Assembly: GCA_951406725.2 (NCBI GenBank) | Contig: OX597831.1 | Coordinates: 23,560,001-23,624,000, forward strand | Source: Octopus vulgaris | Lineage: Eukaryota | Length of the DNA: 64,000 nt | Direction: 5' to 3' | In this document: one piece after another, positions 40,854 to 56,010 of the stretch | Numbering within the stretch: the stretch's first letter is position 1 | How the letters are laid out: every line of letters begins with the position of its first letter | Notes under the pieces: generated by a model | Databases searched by the model: none | Told to the model about the DNA's origin: nothing | The model's input: only the letters and a program-made list of their open reading frames with translations | Program-made: the position numbers and the translations under genes

Positions 40854-40985
40854 CCTTTGCACTGCTTCTAATGCTGGAGATGTATTACAGTGCCTGCTGT
40901 TTACCTACCAGTGAACTAATGTAACACCTCTTATTTTTCGAGCACCTTCCGGATTATTCGAGCGGTTCCAAGCAGTGTTGTTTTC
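40854..40985 (-). mobile_element. R4/Dong-clade retrotransposon 3' end
   Basis: Minus strand reads KTTLLGTARIIRKVLEK*, then a ~75-nt UTR and (TAA)n. Confidence 0.8.
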
Positions 40986-41234
40986 ACTTGACAATCGATG
41001 CTGGTGTGTTTAGGTCTCCATAACTTAGCAATTCGGCAATAGAGACCGATAGAATTAGTACTAGGCTTACAAAGAATAACTCCTGTGGTCGATTTACTTG
41101 ACTAAAGGTGGTGCTCCAGCATGGCCGCAGTCAAATGATTGAAACAAGTAAAAAAATAAATGAATATAAGGATAACATTTGACAAAGCAGTCTGAATGCA
41201 AAAGGGTTAATATAATAACTGGTATCACTGGTGA

Positions 41235-41715
41235 TGCTATCTGCATTTAACAAACTCCTACTTTCTTCTCCACTTGGTAAAAAAAAGCCAGTCAATATTG
41301 TTTACACGATGGTCTCTATTACGCATTGGGAGCTACTTTCTTGTTCCTGTAAATTCTTGTATCTCTATCTTTCTTCAATTCCAGAAAGAAGTGTCTCAGC
41401 ACAGGCATGGCCTATATATTGATTGTGTCTATGACATTACCTCCAATTAGTCTTAATTCAAAGACATTGCTATTCCTCCTCTTGTACTCTTTGGAGACAT
41501 CCTTTCTCATGTTATTCCTCATTACCTTATCAGCCTCAACATCCCTAGATACTTGAATCCTTCGTTTTTCATTGATCGAAATCAGATCATTTCGTGGCAT
41601 CATTATTCTATCAAATTTAATCTTGCAACCTCACTTCGGAATTAATACTCTGCACTTATTCACTTGTTTACCCCAAAATGCTTTTCAATATCCTCACTAA
41701 ATATCCTTCCTGTAT
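41235..41715 (-). pseudogene. Degraded R4/Dong-type RT C-terminal fragment
   Basis: Frameshifted reading FSEDIEKHFGVNKC…YLG…EADKVMRNNMRKDVSKEYKRR…LIGGNVIDTINI*AMPVLR resembles the R4-clade RT/thumb region. Confidence 0.7.
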
Positions 41716-41868
41716 AAACAAGAGAATCTAGGGTTCCTTTTCTTTTTTTATTCATTGGTATTGCATTGGTATTGTGCAATTTGAGGTCAGCTATATAAAT
41801 CAGATGATTATTTTTTTCCCCTTGTTCTTAGGAAGCTAATATGATGGATTTTCCTGCTACTACTGCTG

Positions 41869-41937
<69 letters not shown>

Positions 41938-42338
41938 TTACTACTATTATTTTTATTGCATAGTTTTGGTATGCAATCAAGTGCAGCATTATCTGCAGTT
42001 GGTACTACAAATATGACTGAAGAATTATGTTTGTTTATTAAAATATACACACACATACATATACACACACACATATTGTCTTTATTACTATAGCAATGGA
42101 TTTCATTTATTTCACTTGTAAGATTAATCTGATTATGTATATTAGTTTTATGGGCATATGTCTGATTTGTGTTTATGTGCTTCCATACACATGGAAGCAC
42201 ATTTATATGTATATATATACATATATATATATCTATATATGTTTGCTTGTATAATTTTATATGTGGCTGTGATTTTCTCTCTCAACTTCTCGCTATATAT
42301 ATATATGTGTGTGTGCACATGTGTGTTTGTTTGTGTGA

Positions 42339-42372
<34 letters not shown>

Positions 42373-42739
42373 ATCTAAATAAATCTATGTATATATGTGT
42401 ATATATATATATGTGTGTATGTGTGTGTGCATGTGTGTGTGTATGCATGCATGTATATATATATGTATATATATATGTAAAAAAGACAAAATTGGAACAA
42501 GAATGAAACAGGTGACAACAAAACATTCTGACAGTTAGACAATACAAAAAAGGACAGCAAAAGACAATGATGGGTCATTCGGAACTTTCAATCTTCAGTC
42601 GAGTATTAGGTCGTCTTTGCAGTTTCAGCCAGTTAAATGCATGTATATATATGTATATATATATTTCTATTTATATATATATACTTATATATATATATAC
42701 ACACATACACACATCTGTGTTTCTCTCTCAGTTTCTCAC

Positions 42740-42790
<51 letters not shown>

Positions 42791-43444
42791 ATCTGTGTGT
42801 GTGTGTGTATGGATCTGTGTGTGTGAGTGTCTCACATACTCAGTATATTCATGATTTTTGTTTCGAAATATAAGATGGCATGTAGGAAAATGTTATATAA
42901 TCTTAATGTTTGCCATATGACAGTGATGTTTCAGAAAAATTATAATATTACATGTGAGATTGTGTACTCTGTATGCACCCGAGTAGAACCATGTTTTATT
43001 CTTTTCTTTTTTCCTTACTTCAAACAAAAATTATTACAAAAAAAACGAAAAATTACACTGACATGACTGCACCCTCCCCACCACCTTCCACACACACACT
43101 TTCAAATACTGGAACATAATAAAAACATAAATAAATAAATTAAGAAATAGAATTATTTATTTTTAGGAAGTAAGGATTAAGATATATTTCTTATGAAATT
43201 ATTTCTAAGATCTCTGTTCAAATCCTTCTTTATCTGTATTTTATTTTTTTTAAAGTTTGGTTTGGTTTATTTATTTGTTGTTTTTTTTCTTTTCTTTTTT
43301 TTTTTTTTTCCAAGTGAAATATTTCTTACCTGAAGTTGTGAGAGATTAAATATATTCTTGGAATCATGTGTATACAAATGAATGGTGTATCTGTAATACA
43401 GTCCGTCCTTTTTCCAAATTTTTTTCTTTTTTTGCTGTTTTTTT

Positions 43445-43492
<48 letters not shown>

Positions 43493-44336
43493 TCTGCAAT
43501 GGAGCTGACTTGGTTCAACATAACTTCCTCTATATTTTTGAAGTCTTTGCTTAGTAGAAACTATATTTTAGAAAGGAGGCAAACTGATGCAAGACAAACT
43601 GTTACCATCCTCGTCTATTTACGGAAACAAGAAGTTACGTTTGTTCCACTTCTCAGCTTGCCATTTCATGGATTGATTGACTGACTGTTTCCACGATGCC
43701 AAAAACAAGAAGAATACTTAAGTTGCTACACTTTCTTATTCACAGAGCGTTGAAGTTGTCAGAGGATTTCTGTTGCTGTTGCTGCTGCAGTTGTTGCTGT
43801 TGTTGTTGTTGCTGCTGTTTGTATTTGGCATGTCTTTCGTAATAATAATGATTTCTTACATCTACACAACATCATACATTTGTAGGAAAGGAATACAGTT
43901 GATCGAATTTTATCTGCTGTTTAACTTGTATTTATTTGCTTTTGGATAGACGGAAAAGAAAGCCAATGCGAGCAGCATTTTAAACCGGAAATATAAACAA
44001 GTTTAAGAAATGGGACGTCATGTAGTCGATTTACATGCTAGAAATAACAGCTAAATCTTTACAAAATTTCCCTTTTTCCCTTTTCGAAATGGAGCAAACA
44101 TTACTCGATGTAGTCCTAGATACACTAAACCTGGATAAAAGATAACATGTTTATGGCTGGTACATCTTTGATCATTTATCTTCTGAATCAGGGATTATCT
44201 GGAAAGGAGAAGTTAACATCCCAGTTCTGGGTAGTCCCACTGCATTCTACCTTGGGCAAGTCTCTTCTGCTATAGCCTTGAGCTGACCAAAGCCTTGTGA
44301 GTGGATTTGGTAAACAGAAACTGAAAGCAGTCCATC

Positions 44337-44376
<40 letters not shown>

Positions 44377-44401
44377 TGTATATGTATGTATATATATCAT
44401 G

Positions 44402-44494
<93 letters not shown>

Positions 44495-46142
44495 GTAAGG
44501 TGGCAAGCTGGCCGAAACATTAGCACGTCGGGTGAAATGCTTTGTGGCATTTCGTCTGTCGTTACGTTCTGAGTTCAAATTCCGCCAAGGTTGACTTTGC
44601 CTTTCATCCTTTCGGGGTCGATAAATTAAGTACCAGTTACGCTCTGGGGTCGATGTAATCGACTTAATCTGTTTGTCTGTCCTTGTTTGTCCCTTCTGTG
44701 TTTAGCTCCTTGTGGGTAGTAAAGAAATATATATATATATAGGTGCAGGAGTGGCTATGTGGTAAGTAGCTTGCTTACCAACCACATGGTTCTGGGTTCA
44801 GTCCCACTGTGTGGCACTTTGGGCAGGAGTCTTCTACTATAGACTCAGGCTATATGTGCACATGCACATATATAGTTTTATTTGTTGGATTTTCCAAAAT
44901 TACAAACTGGTCCCTGTCCTGAATAAGAAAACACATTTTGTTCTCAAATTTGATTGAAGACATCTTTACAGTCTGAGTTCAAATTCCACCAAGGTTAAAA
45001 CCTTGAAATTTATTCTTCCAGGGTCACTAAAATAATTTGAGCGCTGGCAACAATATAGTTAACTGTGATTCATTCTTTCAACAAATGTTGTGACTTTGTT
45101 CTAGTAATAAAGATAAATATTTACTTGTATTATTTCTATTGTAAATTTATGTTGATTTTTTTTTTCTTTATTGGTGGTGGGGTAGCATGGGGGAGGAAAA
45201 TTTGATCTAAAATTGTTTGCTGTCACAGACAATAACACACAAAGGCAGAATAAATGGACACATACTGAGGAAACAAGATGTTAAAGCAGCCACGCTGTGG
45301 TGATCATGATAAAAATATCCTCTTTTAAATTGATTGTCTTGTTCACCTAATATACATAGCAATATGCAAGAGATATGATCATCGTTGTCATCATCATCAT
45401 CGTCATCATCATTGTCATTTAACGTCCATTTTCCGTGCTGGCATGGGTTGGACGGTTTTACAGGAGCTGGCAAGCTGAGGGACTGCATTAAGTTCAACTG
45501 TCTCTTATAGCATAAATATATAAACAAAATTTTATTGAACACTGAATCTGTTGAAAATACATACAAGCTTTCCATTCTTGCTATTTATATCTGACATGGA
45601 GTTTCATTTTTATGAAAGCTTAATATAAATTTTGGAGGAGGCAATGGTGCTAACAGTGATAGTGGAGAATATAAAAGAAGTTTTTATATTAGAAGACAAG
45701 TAATGAAATTTTCTCTGAAATATAAGACAAATAAACTCATTTATATTCATACTATTCACTCTTCTCAAAACTCAATATTGAACAACCAAATTTTTAGAAA
45801 TTCTTCTGATTGCTTTCGGAGGAAAAAAAAATCACTCATTTCTCTTGTCTTGTTTTCTCTTTTTATAATTCTTTATATTATCCATGTATTCTGAAAAAGT
45901 ATATATCTGTCAAAATATTTGAACGAGTCAACTAAAACAAAAAGTGGATTTTTCTTATGGACCTATTAATGCCTTAAAGTTGAAGCTGGCCTTAAGCAAC
46001 ACTCTTAACTTGAGTCACATAGTCTCTTCTAACAATTTTTGTAGAGTATCTTAATGTCCATAACTATAAAAACATCACATTTTACCAAAACGTTCTAACA
46101 AGATTACTAAGTCAGACTATAATATTATTATGTTTTAGTTAA

Positions 46143-46473
46143 TCTGTATATATAAAAGGCAGGATGTGTGTGTGTGTACGTGAATGTAATTTATGCATGT
46201 CCACAAATTAGCCCACATGTCACTCCAAATCTAAGAGGATATTCGTCATGACCCTAGCTGTATTTATGTCAACTTATTTTTACCAGAGGCACCAGCGAAT
46301 AGCAGTAAAAATAAATTTTCACCCAAAGCATTTAACAACTTTCAAGTCAGAGAAATCACCATTGTTTACAAACAGGAGTTAAGTCCCCTTCTAGCGACGA
46401 GTAAGTTTTTGTTAAGACTTTTGTTGTTGTTTTTTTCCATCGAGGAAAAAAGTGTTTTGTTGAGATATGGGCA

Positions 46474-46507
<34 letters not shown>

Positions 46508-46561
46508 ACACGCACAAACATGTAAGCGTACAAAAAACATGTATGCAATAGGTGTACATAC

Positions 46562-46596
<35 letters not shown>

Positions 46597-46601
46597 GCCC
46601 A

Positions 46602-46633
<32 letters not shown>

Positions 46634-46755
46634 AACCAATTTCAACGAATTTCGCCCAAATTTGACAGATGTTACTTAGTTTGGTTTGAAATAGAGAACT
46701 TGATTAGCTTAATAATCCTAACTTAATCCCGGGCAAAGCCATGTTATACTGCTAG
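46143..46755 (+). mobile_element. Non-autonomous Helitron-like element
   Basis: A|TCTGTATATATAAAA 5' end and decayed subterminal hairpin CCCGGGCAAAGCCATG before a CTAG|T 3' end. Confidence 0.65.
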
Positions 46756-47265
46756 TGCTATATATGGTGATATGGTGTACTACGTTCTACATTCAATGTT
46801 TCTTAAATCATCTATAAATACTGTGGATCAAATTATGATAAGCAATCACTCATAAAGCCTTCTGCCATGAAATATTTGCTCATGCATGGGTCCAAGTTTA
46901 TTGTGTAGCTTATCATATGGGTCTGAGTTATACATGTGTATCTTATTATTACAAGGATGGTCACGTGTAGAGCAATGAGGATATATGTAAATGTACGTAT
47001 GCACATGTGTTGAGGTGGCTTTTGCACTAATGATTGTAAGATAGTGGTTTGTTTTGATTCCTGGATTTCGTGATGCATCGTGTTCCTGGCCAAAACTCAT
47101 TATTTTACATCATTCCAGTTTATTCACCTGGTGGAAATGAATAATCCTGTAATGGACAAGCATCCCATCCATGAAGCAGAGAATATAAATGTGCTGTGAA
47201 ATCTAGGATACTAGCCTTATGGGCTTACAACTCACAAAGAAATTTTGACGCATATTTGTTTTTTG

Positions 47266-47308
<43 letters not shown>

Positions 47309-47368
47309 CTATCACATGTTCATCCCTGTTGTTATGCTGTAGGAGATTGTGTTTTAATCATCAACAAT

Positions 47369-47655
47369 CATCATCATCGTTTAACGTCCGTTCTCCATGC
47401 TAGCATGGGTTGTATGGTTCGACCGGGGTCTGGGAAGCCAGGAGGCTGTGCCAAGCACCAGTCTGATCTGGCTGTGTTTCTACAGCTGGATGCCCTTCCT
47501 AACACCAACCATTCCATGAGTGTAGTGGGTGCTTTTTACATGCCGCCAGCACAGGTGCCAGGTGAGGCTGGCAACGGCCGCGATCGGATGGTGCATTTCA
47601 CATGCCACCAGCACGGACACCAATCAAGGTGGCGTTGGCATCAGCCACATTCAGG
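47369..47655 (-). mobile_element. RTE 3'-end fragment with ~2 array units
   Basis: Colinear with 36664-36960. Confidence 0.9.
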
Positions 47656-48671
47656 TAAAAATTAAGTACAGTGTTTACAAGACAGAAAAGTTCCATCATG
47701 AACTTTCCAGTATTAGCAGTCAAATTTTGTTGAAATTGCTTCTTACTGCATTGAGGAGGATAATATCTCTTGTCAAGACAAAATGCTCTCTAGAAGAAAA
47801 GGATGGGGACAGTTTAAATAACTTTGATTACATGTCTTCTCGCTCAGTACTGACATTGGTGATAAACAAGAATAACACTTCTTTAACGTGTACAGCATTC
47901 AAGCACTTATTATTATATTCCTGTAACAAAGTTATTATTTAACCAGTAGAAAAACTAGGCAAGTAAGCAAGAGCTGTTTTCACTCTTCCATGGACACTGT
48001 ACAGTGCTAATTGTGATTGAACGAAGGACCTCATTCATTGGTGGTGAAAATCTAATATCATGGATTGGTGAGCACCTACATTTGAAATCAGATAGAAAAA
48101 AATATTCAATCGATATAGGATGTGTATATTTTTATTAAAAGTTGAAGTTTCTTGATTTTTTTTTTTACTAAGAGCTTGAACATTTCAAATTACTCCAATT
48201 GTATGAACAATCAGCAATGTAAAATTTAAAGTTGTGATTTAATAAACTTCCACAGAAAATAGGATTTTGCCATATATGTGTTGGATACAATGCATTCAGA
48301 ACAATCTAATTCGAAGCAATACACCATAATGTACTCAATAAAAAGCTGACACTAAGTTAGGTTCGTTAGAGATCCAATATTGGTCTACATGACAATTGTG
48401 TTTAAAAAAATCAGAAACATCACATAAAACACATACACAGTGACACATGCACACACACATACACTTATGTATCATTGTGTGTATGTGTGTGTGTGTGTGT
48501 GTGTAGTAACAAGACACACTCAAATCTCTCCAGGCATATAACAATTCATCTACTTGAGGCATTTATTCACTGAAGGAGCTTCTATAGATAATTAGAAACA
48601 GTTTGGGATATGACCAGTGTCTATGTGAAATAAATAAATAGAATGAAACTTGTATATATATACATCATTTA

Positions 48672-48963
48672 TGTTTTATCTTGTACTTGCTTCAATCATT
48701 GGACAGCAGCCATGATGGGGCATTGCTTTGAAGGGTTTTTAATCAACTGAATCAACTCCATACTTATTCTTTTTTAATGCTTGGTACTTGTTCTATTGGT
48801 CTTTTGGCTGAAGTGCTAAGGTACAGGGATATAAACAAACAAACACCAGATGTTATGTGGTGGTGGGAAACAGAAACAAAAACTTGTACACATAGGAACA
48901 TAGACATATTTACATGTACACACACACACATATATATATATACATACACACACGTATACATAT

Positions 48964-48997
<34 letters not shown>

Positions 48998-49192
48998 ATG
49001 TATGTGTGCATACATACATATATATATATATATGAAACAGACTTTCAATTTTCAGCTATCTAATCTATTTGCAAGTCTTTGGTGATCCCAAGGTTGTACT
49101 AGAAAACACTTGCTCAAGGTGCCACTCAGAGGGACTGAACCCAGAACCATATGTTTGGGAAGCAAACTTCTTACAACACAGCAACACCTGAA
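48672..49192 (-). mobile_element. SINE family A, old degenerate copy
   Basis: Recognisable reverse complement of head, core and tail. Confidence 0.75.
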
Positions 49193-49310
49193 CCTAGAAA
49201 GAAAATACTTTTGCATTTAGTAAATATAAACTTCAGAGACATCTATATGTTTCTGTGTATACTTGCTCCTTCAGCCAGTGTTGAAAAAGACAGACTCCCA
49301 CCAAACCATT

Positions 49311-49371
<61 letters not shown>

Positions 49372-49532
49372 ATAATAATATGAGGGAATATAATTCCAAA
49401 CTTAGAGGGAAAAATTCAATTTAGAAATACTAAATCAAATTTCACAAAATATAATGTTTCTATATGTAATTTTTCTAAATGGTATAATTTAATTTTTCAT
49501 TATTGAATTGATGAAAGGTGTTTTTTTTCTAA

Positions 49533-49603
<71 letters not shown>

Positions 49604-49939
49604 TAGTTAGTCGTGAAATGTTGAAAATCAAACCACCAGATTGTACAAGGGAGCAGGCACTTCAATGCAAATGCACTTCTATACAACAGAATAAAATCCT
49701 ACCAGACTTAGGTAGGATTTTAATCTAGGAATTATATAAGGTGAGAATACTTAGAATATATGTGAGCGACTTATGGGGTAACTACATATACATGAATGCA
49801 CTGTGGAACATATTAATTCATCTAATTCTGGAATTTATTTACTCTAGAAGTTAGTTGGGGCTATGTTAAAATAAAGTAATGTAAGCAATAATTCTTCAAT
49901 TTACCCATGAAACACTGCAGTTGAACATGCATATATATG

Positions 49940-50136
49940 TAGGGGCTGTACCAGGTTCTATTGTCTGTTTTGGATTTGTTTCTGCAACTGGATTCCCTTC
50001 CTAATGCCAGCCACTTTACAGAGTGTATTGGATGCTTTTTTTACATGGCACCATCACCAATGCTTTTTATGTGGCACCAACACCAGTGCTTTTAACGTGG
50101 TACCAGTACCCACATCTAGGATTTTTACATGGTACC
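49940..50136 (-). mobile_element. Older RTE-like 3'-end fragment with short (~26-27 nt) tandem units; related degenerate fragments at ~14236-14290, 45384-45500, 52436-52652 and 53385-53590
   Basis: CTGGATTCCCTTCCTAATGCCAGCCACT followed by repeated GCTTTTTAYRTGGYACC. Confidence 0.7.
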
Positions 50137-50239
50137 TTAATTTTTGGATCTCGATTCTTTTGGTGGGCAGGTTTTGAGATTGGCTCTTCACTACTTCATT
50201 CCATGTCTTCATGTGTCTCCCTCAGCCACAACTTCCCTA

Positions 50240-50285
<46 letters not shown>

Positions 50286-50299
50286 AATATACCTAAAGT

Positions 50300-50347
<48 letters not shown>

Positions 50348-50451
50348 CACACATATACATCAATGAAAAGTATAAGATATGGGTTCAGAGGATTGTGCAA
50401 TTATCACAGTAAGATCACACATAATTTCATATCTCTTGACAACATTATGTT

Positions 50452-50542
<91 letters not shown>

Positions 50543-51677
50543 CATACATACACACACACACACATACACACACATATGCATACATGCAGACACATATACA
50601 CACCTATATATTGTATTTCTTCTGTTTCCCAAGATAACTTGGCTTTTATCTTCTGAGATCAATAAAATATTATCTGTCACTTGCTGGAGTTCATTTTATT
50701 AACTCCATCCTTGAAGGTATTGTTTCACCATGGCTACAGTTCAATGACTGGAACTGATGAACTAAAAAAATAAATGGTTACACTTAACATGTTCACAGCT
50801 CGTGTTAAGAACCCATTATTTTATGGTGGAACAGATTAAAAAGTTCTGTAGAAGACTGAATAAGGGGATTAATTGATGCTAGGCTGAAGTATCTATTCAT
50901 GGGCCATTTGGTAATTAGGTACTATGTCTGTGAATTTTCAGTGCAGTAGTACTGATGTTGGATTCTTTAACCATCAAATGTTGAGACACTATCAGTTTGG
51001 TGAAACTGTGATTCTTGTTCAAGCAATCGCAATTTTAGCATAAAATTGGCGATAAAAATGCAAATGATGAATAATTAATTATTTAAATTACTGAAAATAA
51101 AACAAAATTATTTTTTTTAAAGCGCAAAGTTTTAAAATACTGGACAATCAATGCGAAATTTAAATTTTGATTTAAAAATACAATAGGTATTAACTTGACT
51201 TTTGATTTGTAATTGCAAATTAAATAAAAAAATTTAATTATATTCAATTATGTACATAGAGTTTTTCTGTGAATACTTTTTTTATTTGATTCTGCTTTAT
51301 TTAAAACTCTATTTATTTATTTTATTTTATTATGATGAGGATTCTCATGTTCTGATATGATTACCATTTGAAAGTCATTTATTCAAATAAGAATCTTTCA
51401 AAACAAATAAAGAAATCGATTTATTACAGTTGAAATTATCAATTAGGTTTTTATTGTTGTTTGAGTTTAATATTAGGTCTTATACAGCTGAAAAGTTGCA
51501 TTAGATAAACACTATATTGATACATAACTCTGTTATTATTGTGTAACACAGTTTAGAATAAACACAAACTGCCTTCCTCTGTCATTAGTTTGCCCCCAAT
51601 TAGTATATTTCCTCACAAAATTAAGGAGATGAATTCACATAAAATATACAAAGAACTAAATGTCTTGTACGATTTAA

Positions 51678-52104
51678 AGGAGTGGCTGTGTGGTAGGTAG
51701 CTTGCTTACCAACCACATGGTTCCGGGTTCAGTCCCACTGTGTGGCACCTTGGGCAAGTGTCTTCTACTATAGCCTCGGGCCGACCAAAGCCTGGTGAGT
51801 GGATTTGGAAGACGGAAACTGAAAGAAGCCCATCGTATATATATATGTATGTGTGTGTGTGTGTGTGTGTGTATATGTATATGTGTGTATATGTTTGTGT
51901 GTCTGTGTTTGTCTCCCCAGCATCGCTTGACAACCGATGCTGGTGTGTTTACATCCCTGTAACTTAGCGGTTCGGCAAAAGAGACTGATAGGATAAGTAC
52001 TAGGCTTACAAAGAAATAAGTCCTGGAGTTGATTTGCTTGAGTAAAGGTGGTGCTCCAGCATGGCCATAGTCAAATGACTGAAAAAAAAATAAAAGAGTA
52101 AAAG
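51678..52104 (+). mobile_element. SINE family A, full length
   Basis: Colinear with 56389-56806. Confidence 0.92.
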
Positions 52105-52873
52105 AGAGAGAGAGAGTATAACCTCTCAGTTCTGAGTTCAAATTCAGCAGTGGTTTGTTAATTATTCTTCAAGTTAACTGTGAAGTGAACTCATATTTAA
52201 AAGTATTCTAGCCAAAATCATACCATCTATGTATTTTCCTTACCTCATAATGTATTTCATTTCTAAGATGGCATATATACTTCGAGAGAGATTTGACTGC
52301 CATTTTAGCATGTTACATAACCGATTAGAGGTTACCTTGTTAGTTATTGGCCATGGTATATTATTTTTGCTACGCTGTAGGTCCTGACAGGGAAGACTTA
52401 TGGTTAAAAAAGACCTGTAAAACCAGGCAGAGTTATCATCACTATCAACATTGTTTAAAGTCCATTTTCCATGCTGGCACATGTTGGATGGTTTAACAGG
52501 AGCTGGCTGCTGGGGAGCTGTCCAGACTCCAATTGTCTGTTGTGGCATGGTTTCTGTGGCTGCATACACTTTCTAATGCCAACTACTTTAGTGATAGTGC
52601 TGGGTGCTTTTTAGGGGTCACTGGCATGGGTGCGTTTATGTAACACTGGCATGCAGTACTGGATTAATCAGTAAGCAAAATAAGCACGTGCTTATGGCAA
52701 CAAGGGAAGTGGCAGAGGTACTACAGAAATGGTAAATGGTTTATGGCATGAGTGAAAATTCACATAAAACTTGCTAAAATAATGTTCAAAATGTTTTACA
52801 TGTTCAGATATATAATTTTAAAGTGATCATGGTGCCATAGTGGAGAGTGGACCAAAGACAATTTTGCAAATGT

Positions 52874-53040
52874 AGGCGCAGGAGTGGCTGTGTGGTAAGT
52901 AGCTTGCTTACCAACCACGTGGTTCTGGGTTCAGTCCCATTGCCTGGCACCATGGCAAGTGTCTTCTACTATAGCCATAGGCTGACCAAAACCTTGTGAG
53001 TGGATTTGGTTCATGGAAACTGAAAGAAGCCTGTCATGTG

Positions 53041-53071
<31 letters not shown>

Positions 53072-53290
53072 TTGTGTGTCTGTGTTTGTGTGTGTGTGTG
53101 TTTGTGTGTCTGTATTTGTCTCCCCAGCATCATTTGATAACAGATTTTGGTGCGTTTACATCCCTGTAACTTAGCAGTTCGGGAAAAGAAAGCAATAGAA
53201 TAAGTACTAGGCTTACAAAGGAAAACGGTGCTACAGCATGGCCGCAGACAAATGACTGAAACAAATAAAAGAATAAATGAATAAAAGAAT
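52874..53290 (+). mobile_element. SINE family A with an internal deletion
   Basis: Colinear with 56389-56806. Confidence 0.9.
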
Positions 53291-54313
53291 GAAGGAGAAA
53301 AATTTTCAAATATAAATAAAGTGGAAGTATGGAAAAATAACACTTTGAATTAGTATACACCAATTCATCGTTATGATCATCACCATCATCATCATCATCG
53401 TGGTCGTCATCATTTTACGTCTGTGTTCATGCTAGCAGGAGTTGGACATTTTAATAGAATCTGATGTATCCTTGGACTGCATTAAGCTACAAAATTTGTT
53501 TTGGTATGGGTTTTATGGCTGAATGTCCTCCCCTAACACCCAACCACTTAACCACTGTGGACTGGGTGCTTTGTTTGTGCCACCTACACTATTGAGGTCA
53601 TCCAAGAATCTTTTACAAAACTTAATTTGTGTCGGATAATTTTGAGTTTGTTCTATGCCATGGTCAACCCTGTCTTTCCTCTCTCCTAAAGCTGCTTGAA
53701 ATAGCAGTTAAATATCTCTCAAATTATACATCATCATCTTAAAAATCGAAGATCACATTGGATATAATAATCCTTAGAGGCATGCAAGTGGAGGCATATG
53801 GTTCAGTGGTTAGAGTGTTCGACTTATGATCGTAAGATTGTGGTTTCAATTCCTGGACCAGGTGATGCATTGTATTCTTGAGCAAAACTTCACATTGCTC
53901 CAGTTCACTTCACATTGCTCCAGTTCACTCAGCTGGCAAAAATGAGTTTAGCCCAGAGAGGAATACGCTCTGCCAGGTTTTAACACCCCAGATTCGATGC
54001 AGGCTGCAGTGCCCCAACAACCCCTAAGGCATTAAGGGATTTGTCAATAGGGGCATAGAGTTCCCCATCATGTCTGCCATTGTGTTGAAAGTGCTTTGTC
54101 TGCTTGATCATGGCTAATTTTGTATTAATTAACCAAAAATCAGAATAGTTTAGGACAGATTCACTCCCACAAATGAATATAACCAATATCTGGTTAAATT
54201 GAAGTAAACGGTAGTAAGGTGCTGGGAGGGGTAGGGAATGTGGCTAATATTTACTTTCATTCTCTCATCTTCATAATGATAATACTAAAACTAATAGTAA
54301 CGATAATAATAAC

Positions 54314-54400
<87 letters not shown>

Positions 54401-55428
54401 AAGAATTGTTTCTAATATAATATAATAATTAGTTATTAACACTAAACATGATTAGCTAAGAGAAAAGAACTTGAAGATAACAACTCACTTAGAGAAAAGA
54501 TAAAACTGTTGCAAATCACAATAAACTATAACAGACAATAAAAAAAAAAACAAAAAGAAAACTATAACAGGATTAGAAAAACAGCTCAGCTTAAGATCAT
54601 TGTTTTTATTTCGATTGATTATTTAATTAATTATTTATTTGATGTACTGGCTTCCTTCAGATTAATCACACTAGTATTTTTGTTGTTCAAAGATCTGAGT
54701 TTAGATCCCATCACAGTGGTCAATAAACGGTCGTTCTTTGAGTATCACAAAAGCAAGGTGCGCACATGGCTGTATGGTTAAGCATTTCATTTTGAAGTTC
54801 TATGGTTCTAGTTTCAATCTCATTCTTTGATTTCTTGAGGACAAAATAAATTCTTACAACAGTTTTGAGTTGACTAATATTTTTTTCTACTCTAGGTACA
54901 AGGCCTGAAATTTTTGGAGAGGTGGGTGGGCAGTCGATTAGATCGACCCCAGTACATAACTGGTACTTTATCGACCCCAAAAGGATGAAAGGCAAAGTTG
55001 ACATCGGTGGAATTTGAACTCAGAATGTAATAAAGACAGACGAAATGCCACAAAGCATTTTGCCTGGCATGCTAACATTTCTGCCAGCTCACCACCTTAG
55101 AAAAAGATAATATTGCAAGAAAATTTGATACAAAGAAAATGGCTTATATTTTAGGCCTTTCATTATTGTATTTATTTTGAGATGCTTTGTGTTTCTTTCA
55201 ATTACTTTAAATATAACAAAGAATTTAGTAAAATAACTTGGTTATCATTAAGCTAGTGTTAGGAACATAAATTGTGACTAAGGTTTGGTGGAAGATTTTA
55301 ATTTAAAACTTATGAAAACAAGACATTTGTACTACAGAGCCAGAACTGGGTTGGTATCGCAAGGATTAAAAGCACAAATACATGCACACATAGATGTATC
55401 TTCAATCTTTTACTTGTTTCAGTCATTA

Positions 55429-55613
55429 GGTGGCACGTAAAAAGCACCCACTCCACTCACGGAGTGGTTGGCATTAGGAAGGGCATCCAGCTGTAGAAAC
55501 ACTGCCAGATGAGACTGGGCGTGGTACAGCCTACTGACTCCCCAGGCCCCAGTTGAACCGTCCAACCCATGCTAGCATGGAAAACGGACGTTAAACGATG
55601 ATGATGATGATGA
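55429..55613 (+). mobile_element. RTE 3'-end fragment
   Basis: GGTGGCACGTAAAAAGCACCCAC…AAACGATGATGATG. Confidence 0.9.
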
Positions 55614-56010
55614 TAAGCACTCCTCGTATATTGGCTACAGAAAAATAGTCTAATATAGTCAATATTCAATGAATGCTCATATGTCAATTAGGGATAGTCA
55701 GTCTGGAAAATATGCTTCATAAGCTCTGTGTTGATACAAATACCCCAGGCTAACAAAATATTAACTGGTTAGTAATTCCACTTTAACTTAGGGTAGAGTC
55801 CAAGGTTGTAGTCAATCACCATTCAGTCTCGTAAATCTATGGTTGTATCCCCAGTTAAAATGGTTTTTTTACACAGAGAAAGAAAAGGCATAAATACAGG
55901 GATTTGACAAGAAACAGCTGTAAGTCAGGGTTGTCATGAATAAAAGAATATGTAAGACCCATTAGTTATGCATTTTCTAAGATATATATGTATGTATATA
56001 TAATAATAAT

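Noticed and set aside
47529-47942. 137-aa ORF
   Set aside because: Starts in an RTE fragment and continues into AT-rich sequence with no recognisable motif.
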